From Camelus ferus (Eukaryota), in contig NC_045696.1 of assembly GCF_009834535.1 (NCBI RefSeq), forward strand, positions 90,522,001-90,586,000: 64,000 bases of DNA, read 5' to 3'. Shown piece after piece: positions 12,740 to 25,474 of the stretch. The first letter of the stretch is position 1; every line of letters starts with the position of its first letter. Both the position numbers and the translations under genes were made by a program. The notes under the pieces were generated by a model. It made no database searches. It saw only the letters and a program-made list of their open reading frames with translations, and was not told where the DNA came from.

Positions 12740-14013
12740 CAAGATTAACAAATGGGTCTGGGAAAACTGGATATGCACATGCAAAAGAATGAAGTTGAAC
12801 TTTTTCCTCCCACCATACAGCGAACTCCAAATGGATCACAGAGTTAAATGTTAGACCTAAAACTATAAAAGTCTTAGAAGAAAATACAGTAGTAAATCTT
12901 TGAGACTTTGCGGTAGGCATCTTTTTAGATGTGACAGAAAAAGCATAAGAGATATAAGATAAAGTAGATAAATTGTCCTTCATCAAAATGAAAAACTTCT
13001 GTGCTTCAAAGAATTCCTTCAAGAGAGTGAAAGACAACCAATAGAATAGGAGAAAGTAACTGCAAATGGTATTTCTGATACAGATTAAGAAATATTCAGA
13101 ATACGTAAAGAACTCTTACACTAAACCATAAAAAGACAAATAACCAATTAAAAAGCATCTGAATAGATATTTTTCCAAAAAAGATATACAAATGGCCAAT
13201 AAGTCCATGAAAAAATGTTCAACATAATTAGCCATTAAGGTGATAAAAATGAAAATCACACATATCACTTAATACCCACTAGGATAGCTACAATCAAAAA
13301 GACAATCACAAGTTCTGGTGTAGCTGTGGAGAGACTGGAACACTCACACACTACTGGTGGGAATATAAAATGGTGCAGCCACTTTGGAAAACAGTCTGGC
13401 AGATCCTACCATGGGTAAACAAAGTTACTAAATGATCTAGCAATTCTACTGGCAGGTTCATACCCAGAAGAAATAAAATCATAATCTACACAAATACTTG
13501 TACACAAATACTCATACCCGTACAAATACTAGATGAATGTTCATTGCAGACTTATTCATAATAAGCAAAAAGAAAAACATTTCAAATGTCCATTAAATGA
13601 TGAATTGATAAATGAAATGTGGTAGATTCATATGATGGAATATTACTCAGTCATAAAAAGGAATGAAGGACTCATACATCCTATAATGTGGATGAACCTT
13701 GAAAACATTATGCTAAGTGAAGGAAGCCAGTCACAAAACAACGCCATATATTAACTGATTTCATTTATATGAAATGCCCAGAATATGCATATTAGATAGG
13801 CTGAAAGAAGATTAGTGGTTGCCTATGACTTGGGGGTGGGAATGGGATGAGGAGTAACTGCTAATGGATACAGAGTTTCTTTTTGAGGTGATAAATGTTC
13901 TAAAATGGATTGGGTGACGGCTTAAATATATTACAATTACCAAACTGTGTACTTTAAATGAATGAATTGTGTGGTACATGAATTATATTTCAACAAGGTT
14001 GGTATATTTTTTA
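12740..14013 (+). mobile_element. L1 (L1MB-like), ORF2 end and 3' UTR
   Basis: aaaactggatatgcacatgcaaaagaatgaagttg, aaatggtgcagccactttggaaaacag and gatgaaccttgaaaacattatgctaagtgaa. Possible TSD aaaagtgaa at 12731-12739 and 14014-14022. Confidence 0.92.
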
Positions 14014-14570
14014 AAAAGTGAATGAGAGGTAAAGTACTGGAAACTATGTGTGCAGGAAGAATCTGGTGGTGAAGGGAAACAGAGAAATAGGATGATGGTT
14101 GAAGGTTCAAGAAAGGTTACTTTAAGATAGGAGATCCTAGAGCATGCATTACTATTATTAAATGATACAGAAGACAGGGAACAACGAATGATGCTGAAAG
14201 GAAGAGTGATAATCAAGGGAGGAAAGTACTTGATAAGGCAAGAGAAGCCTGGTAATAGTATCAAAGGCAGTGATATCCCTAATACAAGAGTGAGGAAGAA
14301 GAGGATGGGAGCAAATTCCAGTTGCCTTATAGATGGGCAGGTGGCAGGATAGAGAAGTTCCTGTCCGATGGATTTCATTTTGTCAGTGAAGGATGAGGTA
14401 GACCATCAGCTAAGCACAAGCAGAGAGAAGAGGGTTTGGTAGGTTTGAAGAGAAAGAAGATATGACATAGTTGACTCAGGACAGTGAACCTGTTGGAACA
14501 ACACAATGGGATGTATGTGCAGTTTGACATGTCTACTTGAGGTTGTGATGAAGAAAAAAATAAAAGAGAA
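14014..14570 (-). mobile_element. L2 LINE, continuation of the 9290-9940 copy
   Basis: Resumes at gtgaatgagaggt. Purine-rich reverse L2 sequence including ttcattttgtcagtgaagga. Confidence 0.65.
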
Positions 14571-16239
14571 ACCAGTCAGTTAGTAAATGGTAGAGCTAGG
14601 ATTTGTACTCAGATCTCTCTGACTCTTAAGAACCCTAAGGCCATGTTTTATCTGCTATAACACACTGCTAGGAAACTGTCAGCATCATATTAAAAATTCA
14701 ACACTGAATCTCAGGTCATGGAATAATCAGAATCATTTTTCTATCAGAACTTATTAAAGAATCTGACAGTTATTTGGTGGTATCAAAGACGCCATCAAAA
14801 AATGAAAAACATTTTATATAAATAGTTCTTTTGTTTTAAGTATAGTACACAGGCATCAGGTTACTGGTATCAGTTATTTTCTAACTTAAATTTTGCAAAA
14901 TACAGTATTCTTAACGTATTATGAAAAGTGAGTAAGTGTGGTGTGCAGGAATGAGGCAGTAATGCCTGTAGTGAGAACACAGTGGCTGAGTGAACACCAC
15001 AGAGGTGGATGTTAGCTTACAGATGATGCCTCTGTCTAGAGAAGGTTACAGAGTTAAAAATCAAGTAGGCGCTGTTACTTCTGTTACCTCTTCCATGAAA
15101 CCTTCCCAGAGTATTTTAATACCTTCTATATCATAGGGACCTCAGGCAAATATTCTAAACTAAACCAGTGCTAAAAGCTGCAGACACTGGTAGCAATTGA
15201 AGATGACCCCTAACAGCTTCCTTTTGGCCTGTTGTGTATGGCCAAAGAGAAAAGATTAATCTTTTTCAGTGACATGTCATTGATGCATAATGGGAAAGAA
15301 TAGAATAAATAAGTAAGCAAATCATATATATATGTACATATATAAAAACAGAGCATATCTTGAGAGAAATGTAAAATGTCCCATCTATATGTATTTTAAA
15401 AGAAGGAAACAAGACAACATTTATTAAATATAATGAATATACTACAGACTTCAGTTATACGCTGTGGAGAGTTGAACAAAAATGGGGGATAGGGAAGAAA
15501 CAGACACAGAGAGAGGATAAGGAGGCAGATGTGACACAGATAAACAAAAAAGGCATGAAAAAATAAGACGGAGAAATAAAAAGAAAAAAGATGAGAAAGA
15601 GATGAGAAGGAAAACAAATAGGATGTGGAGAGGAGAGATTTTTGACCTTATGATAGGGTGTCAGATGATTGGGCCATGTATAGGTTTGTTATCACGGCCT
15701 TGAAGTTGGCCAAGGATCTCAGATGCAAAGTCTAAACCAATTTAATACTCCTCACTGAAAGGTTAATATTAACAAACAAACAAATAAAAAAACCAACACA
15801 AAAATCCTTAATACCCTGGGTTAAAAACTGAGATAGTCTAAGAATTCTTATAAAAAAATTTCAGTTAAAATTGGAACTCCAGCATTCTTGAAGTCCATAC
15901 CCCCACCCGTTTATTTCCTGAATAGAGAAAAATCCTAATTCTGCTACAAAACAAGAATTGTCACATTTTATTGTATACATAAAAAAGGAAATTTACTTTC
16001 ATCAATCTAAATTACTCTTTTAAGGACTCCTAAGACCATAACATGTTTGTTTTTGGACAACATACATTTGTAGTATCAGCTAAAAAAAATCTGCTTATAA
16101 TAAAGGTGTTAAAAAATTAGGAAAAAAAAATCTGCTGTGGGTAACTCTGTAGCCCTAACAAATTTCTTGAGGGTTTTTCATTAAGGAAGGGTCTGTAAAT
16201 CTCTGCATGATAAGGCCTCCACACCTGGAGTGTATCATT

Positions 16240-16772
16240 TCCCTACACAAATCACTTGGTTTCAGCTGAGCTAAGCTTCATTCAGTTCTCAGTTATTTGA
16301 GAAACCATGTTCTCTTATCTCTAGGTTTCACAAATGTGTCCTTTACCTGAAACACTATCCCTTCCCCCTTTCATCTTAAATATGTTCTTTAACTCTTAGC
16401 TTGGAATTTACTTTCTCCAGAAATCTTCCCTTGACATATCAGCCTGATTCCTATGAGCTTCTATAACATGCAATACTTCAAGTATTTCCCTTAGGCAGGA
16501 ATATCTATCATCTAGTCCTTACAAAGTGAATTTTACTTTTGCAAAATTTAGCTCAGATACCACTCCTTATGAAGCCTTCCAAAATCCCTACTGATTAGAG
16601 TTACCTGCTTCTTCAAACCCCCAACGTGACATTTATTTTATTCTCCTTATATTACTGCTTTGCACATTTTCTCCCCCACTAGCTAATGTACTACAAAAGA
16701 GCCCAGATGTATGTCTCCACACAGCACTTAGCTCATAGGAGGGATTCAGTGAGTGTAAGCTGGCTGAGTGAA
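16240..16772 (+). mobile_element. L2 3' fragments
   Basis: gctcagataccactcc...gaagccttcc and the terminal cacagcacttagctcataggagggattcagtgagtg...tgagtgaa. Confidence 0.65.
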
Positions 16773-17443
16773 CGGACCAGGTGAAATTAATCCTAGGGTG
16801 GAAGCTGACCCGAGAGCTGGAGTCCTGTTTATATTAAGAGGGCTAATCTAAGAACAATACCTCCTAGGTAGTAGGTGCTTCCAGCTGGATGGAAAGACTA
16901 CAGATTATAAGCAATATGAATCCCACAAGACAAAAGGCTATGTCATAAAAAAATGCTGCAGTAGCTATATAAAGTCATAAATAAAATAGTATATTACAAA
17001 AATTTTCTGGCAGTGACCTGGTAATAGATTCTGACTGAATTGATTACTCACTGACAGTACTCAACATAGTCCTGCAAATGCATCAACTATGTAATGAACA
17101 GCTATTAAGTTTATTGATTTTCTGATTTCCACTGATAGCTAACAGGCCAAAGCTACACATCAATATTTGTGTTAGTAATACCCAAGAGCTAACAATTTTG
17201 ACAAATGAGAACCTCAAAAGTCTAAACAGTCCAAATTAATGGAAATTTGAAGGCCAAATCTCAGAATTTAAAATGAAATACCTAAGAAATGAATCGAATA
17301 CACTTAATAACAGTGAAGTCAGGGTTAGTAATTTTTTTCCTCTAACAAACTTTAAAGGTTTCTTTTACCTTAATGACGGGATCACTTCCTAATAGGCCTA
17401 CTAGGTATAGTTTCTATTTCATTCCACAATCAAGATCTTGAAG

Positions 17444-17582
17444 GAGGGAAGGTGTAGCTCAACTGGTAGAGCATGTGCTTGTCATGCAGGAGGTCCTGGG
17501 TTCAATTCCTGGCACCTCCTCCAAAAAATAAAGAAATAAAGCTAATTACCTCCCACTACAAAAAAAGATAAAAAAAAAAAAA
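17444..17582 (+). mobile_element. tRNA-derived SINE (camelid Vic-1-like)
   Basis: A box tagctcaactgg, B box ggttcaattcc, ctaattacctccc tail and poly(A). TSD aagatYttgaag at 17432-17443 and 17583-17594. Confidence 0.9.
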
Positions 17583-17811
17583 AAGATTTTGAAGTTACAT
17601 GGCCTCCAGCTAACACCTGGATAAACTTTACTAAATGCTTTCATATAGCTAGTGCTTAACAAAATTCTTGTAGACAGGCATTGTTTTCTTCATTTTTATA
17701 TGAAGAACTGGAGTTCAGTGTGATTAAATAATATGGTCAAAGTCACTCAACCAGTAAGGAGAAAGGACAGTATGTAAATGTGAGTCTTTCAATTAAAATA
17801 TAAAACAGGAA

Positions 17812-17935
17812 GTGGGAGGGTATAGCTCAGTGGTAGGGTGCGTGCTTAGCATGCATAACGTCCTGGGTTCAGTCCCCAGTATGTTGATTTAAAAAAATAA
17901 TTAGACCTAATTCCCTACCCAAAATAAAAATAAAT
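17812..17935 (+). mobile_element. tRNA-derived SINE (camelid Vic-1-like)
   Basis: gggagggtatagctcagtggtagggtgcgtgcttagcatgc...gtcctgggttcagtcccc followed by an A-rich tail. Confidence 0.9.
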
Positions 17936-18176
17936 AGCAAAGGACCACTTCATTCTTTCACTCTTAACATAACTTTTCATTGCATATTACATTTATCGAC
18001 TATATCATTACTAGTTTTACAGTATATATGTGTCTTCTGCTTTTTCATTCCTAACAAGTTTTCCTAATGCCACAGACTCTCTGAGAAAGTGTGGTAAGTT
18101 TTCTGAAGACTCGGGCTATCTCACTGAATGCTTTCATAGGTTCCTTTTACCTTTATACTATCTTCAGGGTTTATTC

Positions 18177-18345
18177 CAGTGGTTTTCAAAGTGTGGTGCT
18201 GAGACCAAAGCATCAGCATCACCTGGAAATTTTTTAGAAATTCAAGTATCAGTGCCCATCCCAGACCTACTGAATCAGAAACTCTGGGGATGGTGCTATA
18301 AATTTCAGGTGGATGTCGAGGCACACTAGAGTTTGAGAACCACTG
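18177..18345. mobile_element. MER5A-like hAT-Charlie MITE
   Basis: TIRs cagtggttttcaaa / tttgagaaccactg, internal cccagacctactgaatcagaaactctggg and a degenerate 8-bp TSD gtttattc/gtctatcc. Confidence 0.9.
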
Positions 18346-18713
18346 GTCTATCCTATTCAAATAGAAACCTGATCCCTCAAGTATGCAAAAATGTGACAAA
18401 TACATAAAAATCAAAGTTCTTATTCATAAGAATAACTATTCATGAAACAAAGTTTGTCCTATTTGTACCTCTAGATATATTTATGAGGACTGTACTACTA
18501 ATATTTAATAGCCAGGGCAAAGAAATTAGGTAAGGGGAGTACTAGCGGCACACATACCACAAAAAATATAAATCCCAGAAAATTTTTGTCTTTATAACAC
18601 ATATATGTATGGAGATAAAGATAGATAGCATACATATGTGTGTAATTGTATTCGGTTATATTTGTAGCTATATTTTGGTATTAGAATTACTTTCTTAAGA
18701 TGCTGATTTAAGC

Positions 18714-18931
18714 CAGGGCCAGCAAACTTTTTCTGTAAAGGGCCAGTTAATATGTTAGGCTCTGCAGGCCGTATGCCTCTGTCATAAATACTAGATCCTG
18801 CTGTTGCAAGACAAAAGCAGACACAGACAATATGTAAACAATGAGTATGGCTTTTGTTCCAACACTACTTTATTTACAAAACCAGGTGGTGGGCTGGATT
18901 TGGCAGGTCGGCTGTACTGTGCTGACCCCTG
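18714..18931. mobile_element. MER58A-like hAT-Charlie MITE
   Basis: TIRs cagggccagcaaac / tgctgacccctg. Perfect 8-bp TSD atttaagc at 18706-18713 and 18932-18939. Confidence 0.92.
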
Positions 18932-19319
18932 ATTTAAGCTGTCATTAAAACACATTTCCATTACCTGAGCTCCCTGAGTGACTGAAGGCAGTGTGTACAT
19001 AATCAGGAACCAAACGTTGTATAAATAATTCACACTGGAGATACTGGTTTATATGAAGAAAATACACAAAATGTGATAAATTAAGGTTATGTATATACCT
19101 TTAATGGTATCCACAGAATTAAATTCCAAGGAGACAATCTTTTTGAAGGGAAAGCTCTTAGAAATGTCTGTTCACTCCCAGTAAGGTATTATGCACTTAA
19201 TAACTATTCACTAAATCTGTTGATTTAATGACCAGTGGGCTTGGTGACAACAAAAATATTCCACTTTGTCAACTGTCGCTGTTTAGAGCCAAGTGCATTC
19301 GTTTTTTTTGTACGTACTG

Positions 19320-19570
19320 AGACAACATAAAAACTCAAGGGTTTGGGATATATAAACTGAGTTCAAATCTTAATTCTTGTCTTATTAGTATTATGACTAC
19401 AGGAAAATGATTCAATCTTTCCAAGACTCAGTTTCCTTACCTGTAAATTGTTAAATACCTTAGCAGAGTCTTGTGAACATAAAACTAAATGAAAAAAACA
19501 AAACAAAACAAAACTGAATGAGAGAACTAAATGAGAAAAGCATAGTGCTTGGCACAGTATAGGTTTCTTT
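19320..19570 (+). mobile_element. MIR SINE
   Basis: ctgagttcaaatc...ctcagtttccttacctgtaaa...tagtgcttggcacagta. Confidence 0.85.
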
Positions 19571-21691
19571 GCCCTGAATAGGCCACTGTGCTTCCCTGCT
19601 TGCTAAGTAAGCCCTGATGATATAAAATATTTTAATTTTTCCCTAACTGCATTTAAGATAAGGGAGAATATTATAATGCTCAAGTGATAAAGTAATTTCA
19701 AGAATTTTTCTACTAAACCTTTTAAGTAAGCCCCAAATCCTCAGCCCTTTATTTTTTTACTAACTTAGGTATGATTTTTGTTCCAGGCTTAAATCTTTCT
19801 TAATGACTTCTATAGATAGATTTTTAAAAATCTTATTTTCTCTAGTTTGACCCATGTATGGAGCATCTCTCTAAAAAAGAAAGTTGGTTTTGAAGCAACT
19901 CCAAAAGGGAGGCCTGGGACAAAAAAACATTTCTTATATTCTCTGCTCAGAATTTTCTTTTCCTTTTCATCCCTCAATAGAAAACAAAAGTCCAAACCTC
20001 AAAACATGAACATAGCACTTGACTAAAACTGCTTCAAAGGCTCCTACTCCTGGGCTGGGAGAATGAAAGTTTACTGTCACCTCCAGTGCAAGGTACTCAC
20101 TTAGCAGATGCTTAGTTGTGAACAATGACCTACTGCTTCAGCTCAACAGGTGATGATTAGGGCTTCTTGTAAGATTTGTTAAAAGGGATTTAACAAGTCT
20201 TACTTTACTTCAGTCTGCTTCCCAGAATTCCCTGACTCCGTGGAAGATAAATGAAGGTGTACACTGTTGTAAAACCCCTGGAGTCAGATCAGGAACCACT
20301 GAGTAGAGGGAATTAACATAAAATACTAGACTGCCTCTTTCGGCCTATTGCTGTAAGTAAGGCTTGTACCCCAAGGACAAGTTTTCCTGATAGAAATGGC
20401 CACATTTTCAAGCAAGGTGACATTCAGAGCTTCTTTCTTTGAACCACATAGTCTTTGAAACATCTTCTTCCCCTTGACCTAGTTTTGATTTTTCCTCTTC
20501 ACCACCACACATTTCTGTTGAGTTGGGGCAGGGGACTGAGGAGATGGGAGGAAAATAAATTCTTAGTTATAAAGTAAGACAGCAATGAGATTGCTGAGCT
20601 AGATATGATCTTCAAGATTCCTCTTAGCTCTATCATTTTATGAGTTTATTTATTTGAGAGGTAAAGACAGGGAAAAAATCCCACTTAGAAGAAGAAATAA
20701 TATGTTAATTTGAAAAGTAACTGAGAACAGAAGTCATTTAACCAGAATATGCTGGCAATTTATTTACAGGAAAAAAAGGAAGGGAAAATAAGAGAACACC
20801 CTCACGCACGGCCTAGCCCTTCTACCCCCAGCCTACTTCTGGAGGATGTCCTGGAGCAGAACACATTTAGATCAATTTCCTATGCCATCTGCAGCTATCT
20901 AAAGAGCATTCTGTAATGAAAACAGCCTAAGAGTAGCTTTGGCTAGATTTGTTCAGAATTGTCCAGTTTCAGAATGAGAGTACTATTTGATTGAAAATAC
21001 ATCATATTAAAAATTGTCTTAAGTTATTACTTAACAGTACTAGGAAAGGCTTATATTAAATAAATACAACTTAGAAGTTTTTTTCAAAAAAACTTTATAA
21101 ACAAATGCTACCATGATGTAAAAAATTCTCTTCAACATATCACAATAGTATCCTTATTTTTGTATTCTACAAAGAAGGCAAAACTCCTGGATAAAGAATA
21201 TAAGAACATTCTACTCAGAATGTTCCAACCCATATCACCAGGTGCCAAAAGTACTAAAGGTTTTCACTGTTGGTATGTTCTGTAATCATACATGAAAATT
21301 ACAATGAGTTATCTTCACTTTCACTACTTCGGCATATAATTTGACAATGAAGGATGACTGTATTTGTTCAAGAATACTAAATTGTTATAAACGCAAAGAG
21401 GTTAACCAAATCAACCTAAAATTTTAAGTTGAAGTCCCCTTTCAGTTGCCAATCAGTTAAAAACATACAATTTTAGCAAGGTCAAGCATATTGAAACGCT
21501 TAACATTCTTCATTCAGGATCTAAAGAACAAAACAAAAACAAAAAGAAAATAAACCAATAAACCCAAAACAAAAAACCTGGCATTCCATTAATCCTGGGT
21601 AATTTTGAAATTAATTGAACTATCTAGCTGTGAAAACCAATTTAACTTACCCCACAAATAGGGTAGTGTTCATCTATACCCTATACATCTA

Positions 21692-21715
21692 CTTAATGTA
21701 GGTACCTACATTAAG
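21692..21715. repeat. Perfect 24-bp palindrome
   Basis: cttaatgtaggt|acctacattaag is its own reverse complement. Confidence 0.98.
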
Positions 21716-22639
21716 AATACTTCTCAGTTTTAAATATCAAATTAAGAAAAAAATCTTTAATGGACAAAGAGGTTTTCAGTAAAAGTGCTGCTACATCTTT
21801 ATTTCATTTCTTTTAGAGTTCTTTCTTCTGGCCCATCTCCTTGTAGACAACAGGAAATGAGAAATCTATTACATAAATCACATTACTGAGAAAACCATGA
21901 TAAAATCACCAGTTTTCGTTGATCTCAAAATAGGGCAACAGAAGATAATAACTGAAAAGCAAAAGTTTTATATAATGTACTGACCTCACTTAAGTATCAC
22001 AATAATACATGATGTCTCCACTCCCCCCACAAATTATTAGAGAGGTTTGTCTTCAACTGCTAAAATTACACTTGTGAATCTGTTATGTTAAATTAGTGTT
22101 CAATGCCGCTGTTAATCTTTGTCCCATTAAGTTATAAAAGCAATGTGTTTAATAGCTGCACAATCTTCACAATCTTAGCTGTACATGTATAATATGAACA
22201 CTAATCAAGATCACTCAGCAGGTCAACAGATTAAGATCAGAGTCAGTCTCCATCTCCTAGGCTCCAGGCAGAAATTTCTCTCCATTCACCTACAGATTTA
22301 TTATATGTGATCTCAACACTATCCCATACTGTAAGTAAACATATACATTATGGACTCAAATGTCTACTTTATATAAATTAAATAGTTACAAATAACACCT
22401 ATACCTTATTTGAGAATTCATTCTTAATCTACTTCTAATAAAAATAGCAAATACTATTACACAGAATGATTATATAAATCTACAAACAAAAGAACGACAT
22501 TTTGTAGCTCTACATAGTGACACTTCACAGCACTATGCAATGCTTTTATGCACAAGGTTTTGCTTCATTTTAAATACATAGGATAATTTTTAAAATTACA
22601 TTAATAATAATTTCATTTTAAAAATTATTTTAAAATGTT

Positions 22640-22980
22640 TTAAATTGAAATATAGTTGATTTATAATATTGTATCAGCTTCCCGTGTACAATATAGTGAT
22701 TCAAAATTTTTATAGATTATATTCCATTTAAAGTTATTACAAAATAATGGCTATATTTTCCTGTGCTGTACACTACATCCTTGTTGCTTATTTATTTTAC
22801 ACATAGCAGTGCCTCTTAATCCCCTACCCCATCTTGCTCCTCCCACCTTCCCTCTTCCCATTGGTTCCACTACTTTGTTCTCTATATTTGTGAGTCTGTT
22901 TCTGTTTTGTTATATACATTTGTTTGTTTTATGTTTTAGATTTTGCATATAAATAATAACAGAGTATTTGTTGTTTTCTG
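22640..22980 (-). mobile_element. L1 3' end (artiodactyl type)
   Basis: aattgaaatatagttgatttataatattg...tgtgagtctgtttctgttttg. Confidence 0.9.
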
Positions 22981-24629
22981 TTTTTGTTATATTTATTAAA
23001 TTTTTAAAGCAATAAATAAATTTTCAATTAAAAACAAGCCATAGCACTTTTGTTTTCGTTGTAACTAGTTCAGTCATAGTTACCCACGAACTCCTTTTAC
23101 TGTTTTTTGAGACATGATGGACAATGTTCCTTTGGTTTTCTGTGTTAAGAAAATACTCACTTTTATACATTATCTCAGTATTCTCTAGTTCAGAAATTCA
23201 ACTACATTATCTTTCAGAAAGTTAGTAAGATGCCAATCTCTTTTCCTGTTTCACCATGAAACCATCCTACATTTTTTAATCTATTAAAAATGATACTAAA
23301 GCTATAACAGTTTAATAGCAGATTGAAACGTATAATTTCTTTTTAAGGATGAATAAAGTTTGACCCTAGACTAATAACTCAACCAACAATATCACATATA
23401 AAACAAATTCTGAATCTTTTATATCATATATATCATGCTAAGTTCTAAAGTAAACTTACCTGACATACATACTGATATTCTATTTACTGGTTTGTTTTTT
23501 CTATATATTGTAAAATACTGTGGCATATCAGATCCACTATCGCTTTATTTTATATTGCTCTATATATCTTCCTAATTTGTCCCACATTCTTTTTTCTTAC
23601 AAAATGTCAATAAAAATATTAAACACACATATACAAAGATCATAGCTAATGCCAGATGTTGAGAGAGTCTCCTGAGACCAAAGATTCCACACCAGGTGGT
23701 TGAGCCAGCCTAATGAAGCAGCACATGCTCATGAGGGACACAAAGGGTGGACTTGGAGGGACCTGCTCTCATTTGGTTATTTATGAAAGTATACAGAAGG
23801 ATTTCAAATCATAGTAAAAATGCAATTAAATCAAAGTCTCTCACTTACATAGCAGCATTTTTTTGGTTAAAGGTCTTAAGTATACTTTGGTAACAAGATA
23901 TATTTCCAGCTCTTCTATAAGTGGTAAAAATGAAAATAAACAACTTTTCTTTAAGTGGATTAAAACACAAACATCATTTCTTAAAACTTAATATGTTTCT
24001 TGTATCAAAAGACTTAAAAACGTGAGTTCAGGTCAGTGCTATTACAACTAACTTTAGTAAATGGACTGACCATAAAGCATGACCTTAGGCAATAACTAGT
24101 GAACCAGAGAGCATTTTAATATATTTTCTTATCACCAAGTGAAGCACTTTAAGTTATTACAGCTAGGCAGCATGACCTCATACAATTGAATCATGCTAGA
24201 GCCAAATAGGCTAATGTCTTTGATAGCAATTAGATAAAGGTAGGATGTTAACTTTTACTGTAAGAAGTGTTAAACAAAGAGACGCATCTCCTGGCTTAAA
24301 GAAGTTAGAAAAACTACTCATTTAACAGTAGAGGTTAATGTGGGAATGGCCTCTTTCATCTGTCAAAAAGAAAATTAATTTTATTTTTAAAGTTACCAGG
24401 GAATTTTATTTCTATAACAGATACTTTGCTAGCATTATTAAAGTTTCTAATAATATCTTAATATATTCTAATATCTCACATTTAAGCACCTCCTCTTTAA
24501 TGTCTAACATTTCCAGCACTGACTGAGAAACATCATTTTGTCAGTCATCATCACAAAGAACTGCTTCTCTGAGCTGACTATGGCAGGTCACAATAGAGAA
24601 TTTGAATGATAAAATATTAGGTACTAATA

Positions 24630-25030
24630 TCGTATTTCATCAAATCTCAGATGTCATTGATTGCAATACACAATTCTCTTACACATCAGGAACAAAGAAA
24701 ATGCTGTCCAACTATGGCACTATGCTTTCCTATAACAGAATTTTTTAGCTGCACTTATTAAAAGAGCTCTTTTAGACTGAAAACAGACTTTTTAAAATTA
24801 CATACCGCTCTTGCACATACATAAAAAGACAAAGACAGAGAAATAAAATGGCTGGGGTATTTCTAAATATAAATTTTCTGACTCTTTCAACTTAGGGTTG
24901 TAGGTGCCTATATTTTTGCTTACAATAATGTTCTCTGCCATCAGGAGCACTTGTGAGGCAGCCTTTCTTAAGAGGGTGCTCCACTATTGTCTCTGGGTTT
25001 TCTTCCAAATTACTGATGCTCATGCTCATT
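24630..25030 (-). mobile_element. Tc2/pogo-type DNA transposon relic (Kanga/MER104-like)
   Basis: TA followed by a TIR-like tcgtatttcatcaaatctcagatgtcattgattg. The minus-strand peptide WKK/PETIVEHPLKKGCLTSAPDGRE (one frameshift) resembles the C-terminal W..IP..IV..SFKKC.I...LDG.E motif of pogo/Tc2 transposases. Confidence 0.75.
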
Positions 25031-25221
25031 CCACAAATTTTGTTGGAAATTAAAAAAAAATCAAAATTTGATTGGAAATTTTGGCACTTTCAAAATTATA
25101 CTATTGAATATTTAAACAATCAGTGACTGGTTAAAAAGGAATATGATTAAATATGAAACATGACTATATGCCCGTTCTTATACATGGTGAATCATGATTG
25201 TAACTAGTTAGTACAACTGCA

Positions 25222-25415
25222 CAGAGCTGTTGTTTCCAATGTCTGTGCTGCAATGCTGGCTAAAAATCAGAAGAACCTGAGAAACTTTAAGAAAATACAT
25301 TGGCTCTTGGATTGACTCCGTCAAAATTCAGAAAAATATAAAGTATTATGAATCTAAATATTTAAAAACCACCCTCAGGTGACTCTGATGTATGCCAAGC
25401 TTGGGAAGCACTGGT
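25222..25415. mobile_element. MER5-like hAT MITE
   Basis: Terminal caggtgactctgatgtatgccaagcttgggaagcactg. Confidence 0.65.
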
Positions 25416-25474
25416 ACAGCATGTTGCTGTGGAAGCCAAGATCAAGGTCCAATTGCTGGGTGGGCTAGTTGGCT

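Noticed and set aside
13487..13531. Tandem tacacaaatact repeats
   Set aside because: Local slippage inside an L1 3' region, not a CRISPR-like or functional array.
15480..15640. Purine-rich tract with a hydrophobic antisense ORF
   Set aside because: Low-complexity GA-rich sequence, so the ORF is a compositional artefact.
23454..23462. Perfect consensus donor CAG|GTAAGT on the RSRC1 strand
   Set aside because: There is no acceptable upstream acceptor or pyrimidine tract, and the upstream sequence is stop-rich. An isolated site is expected by chance.
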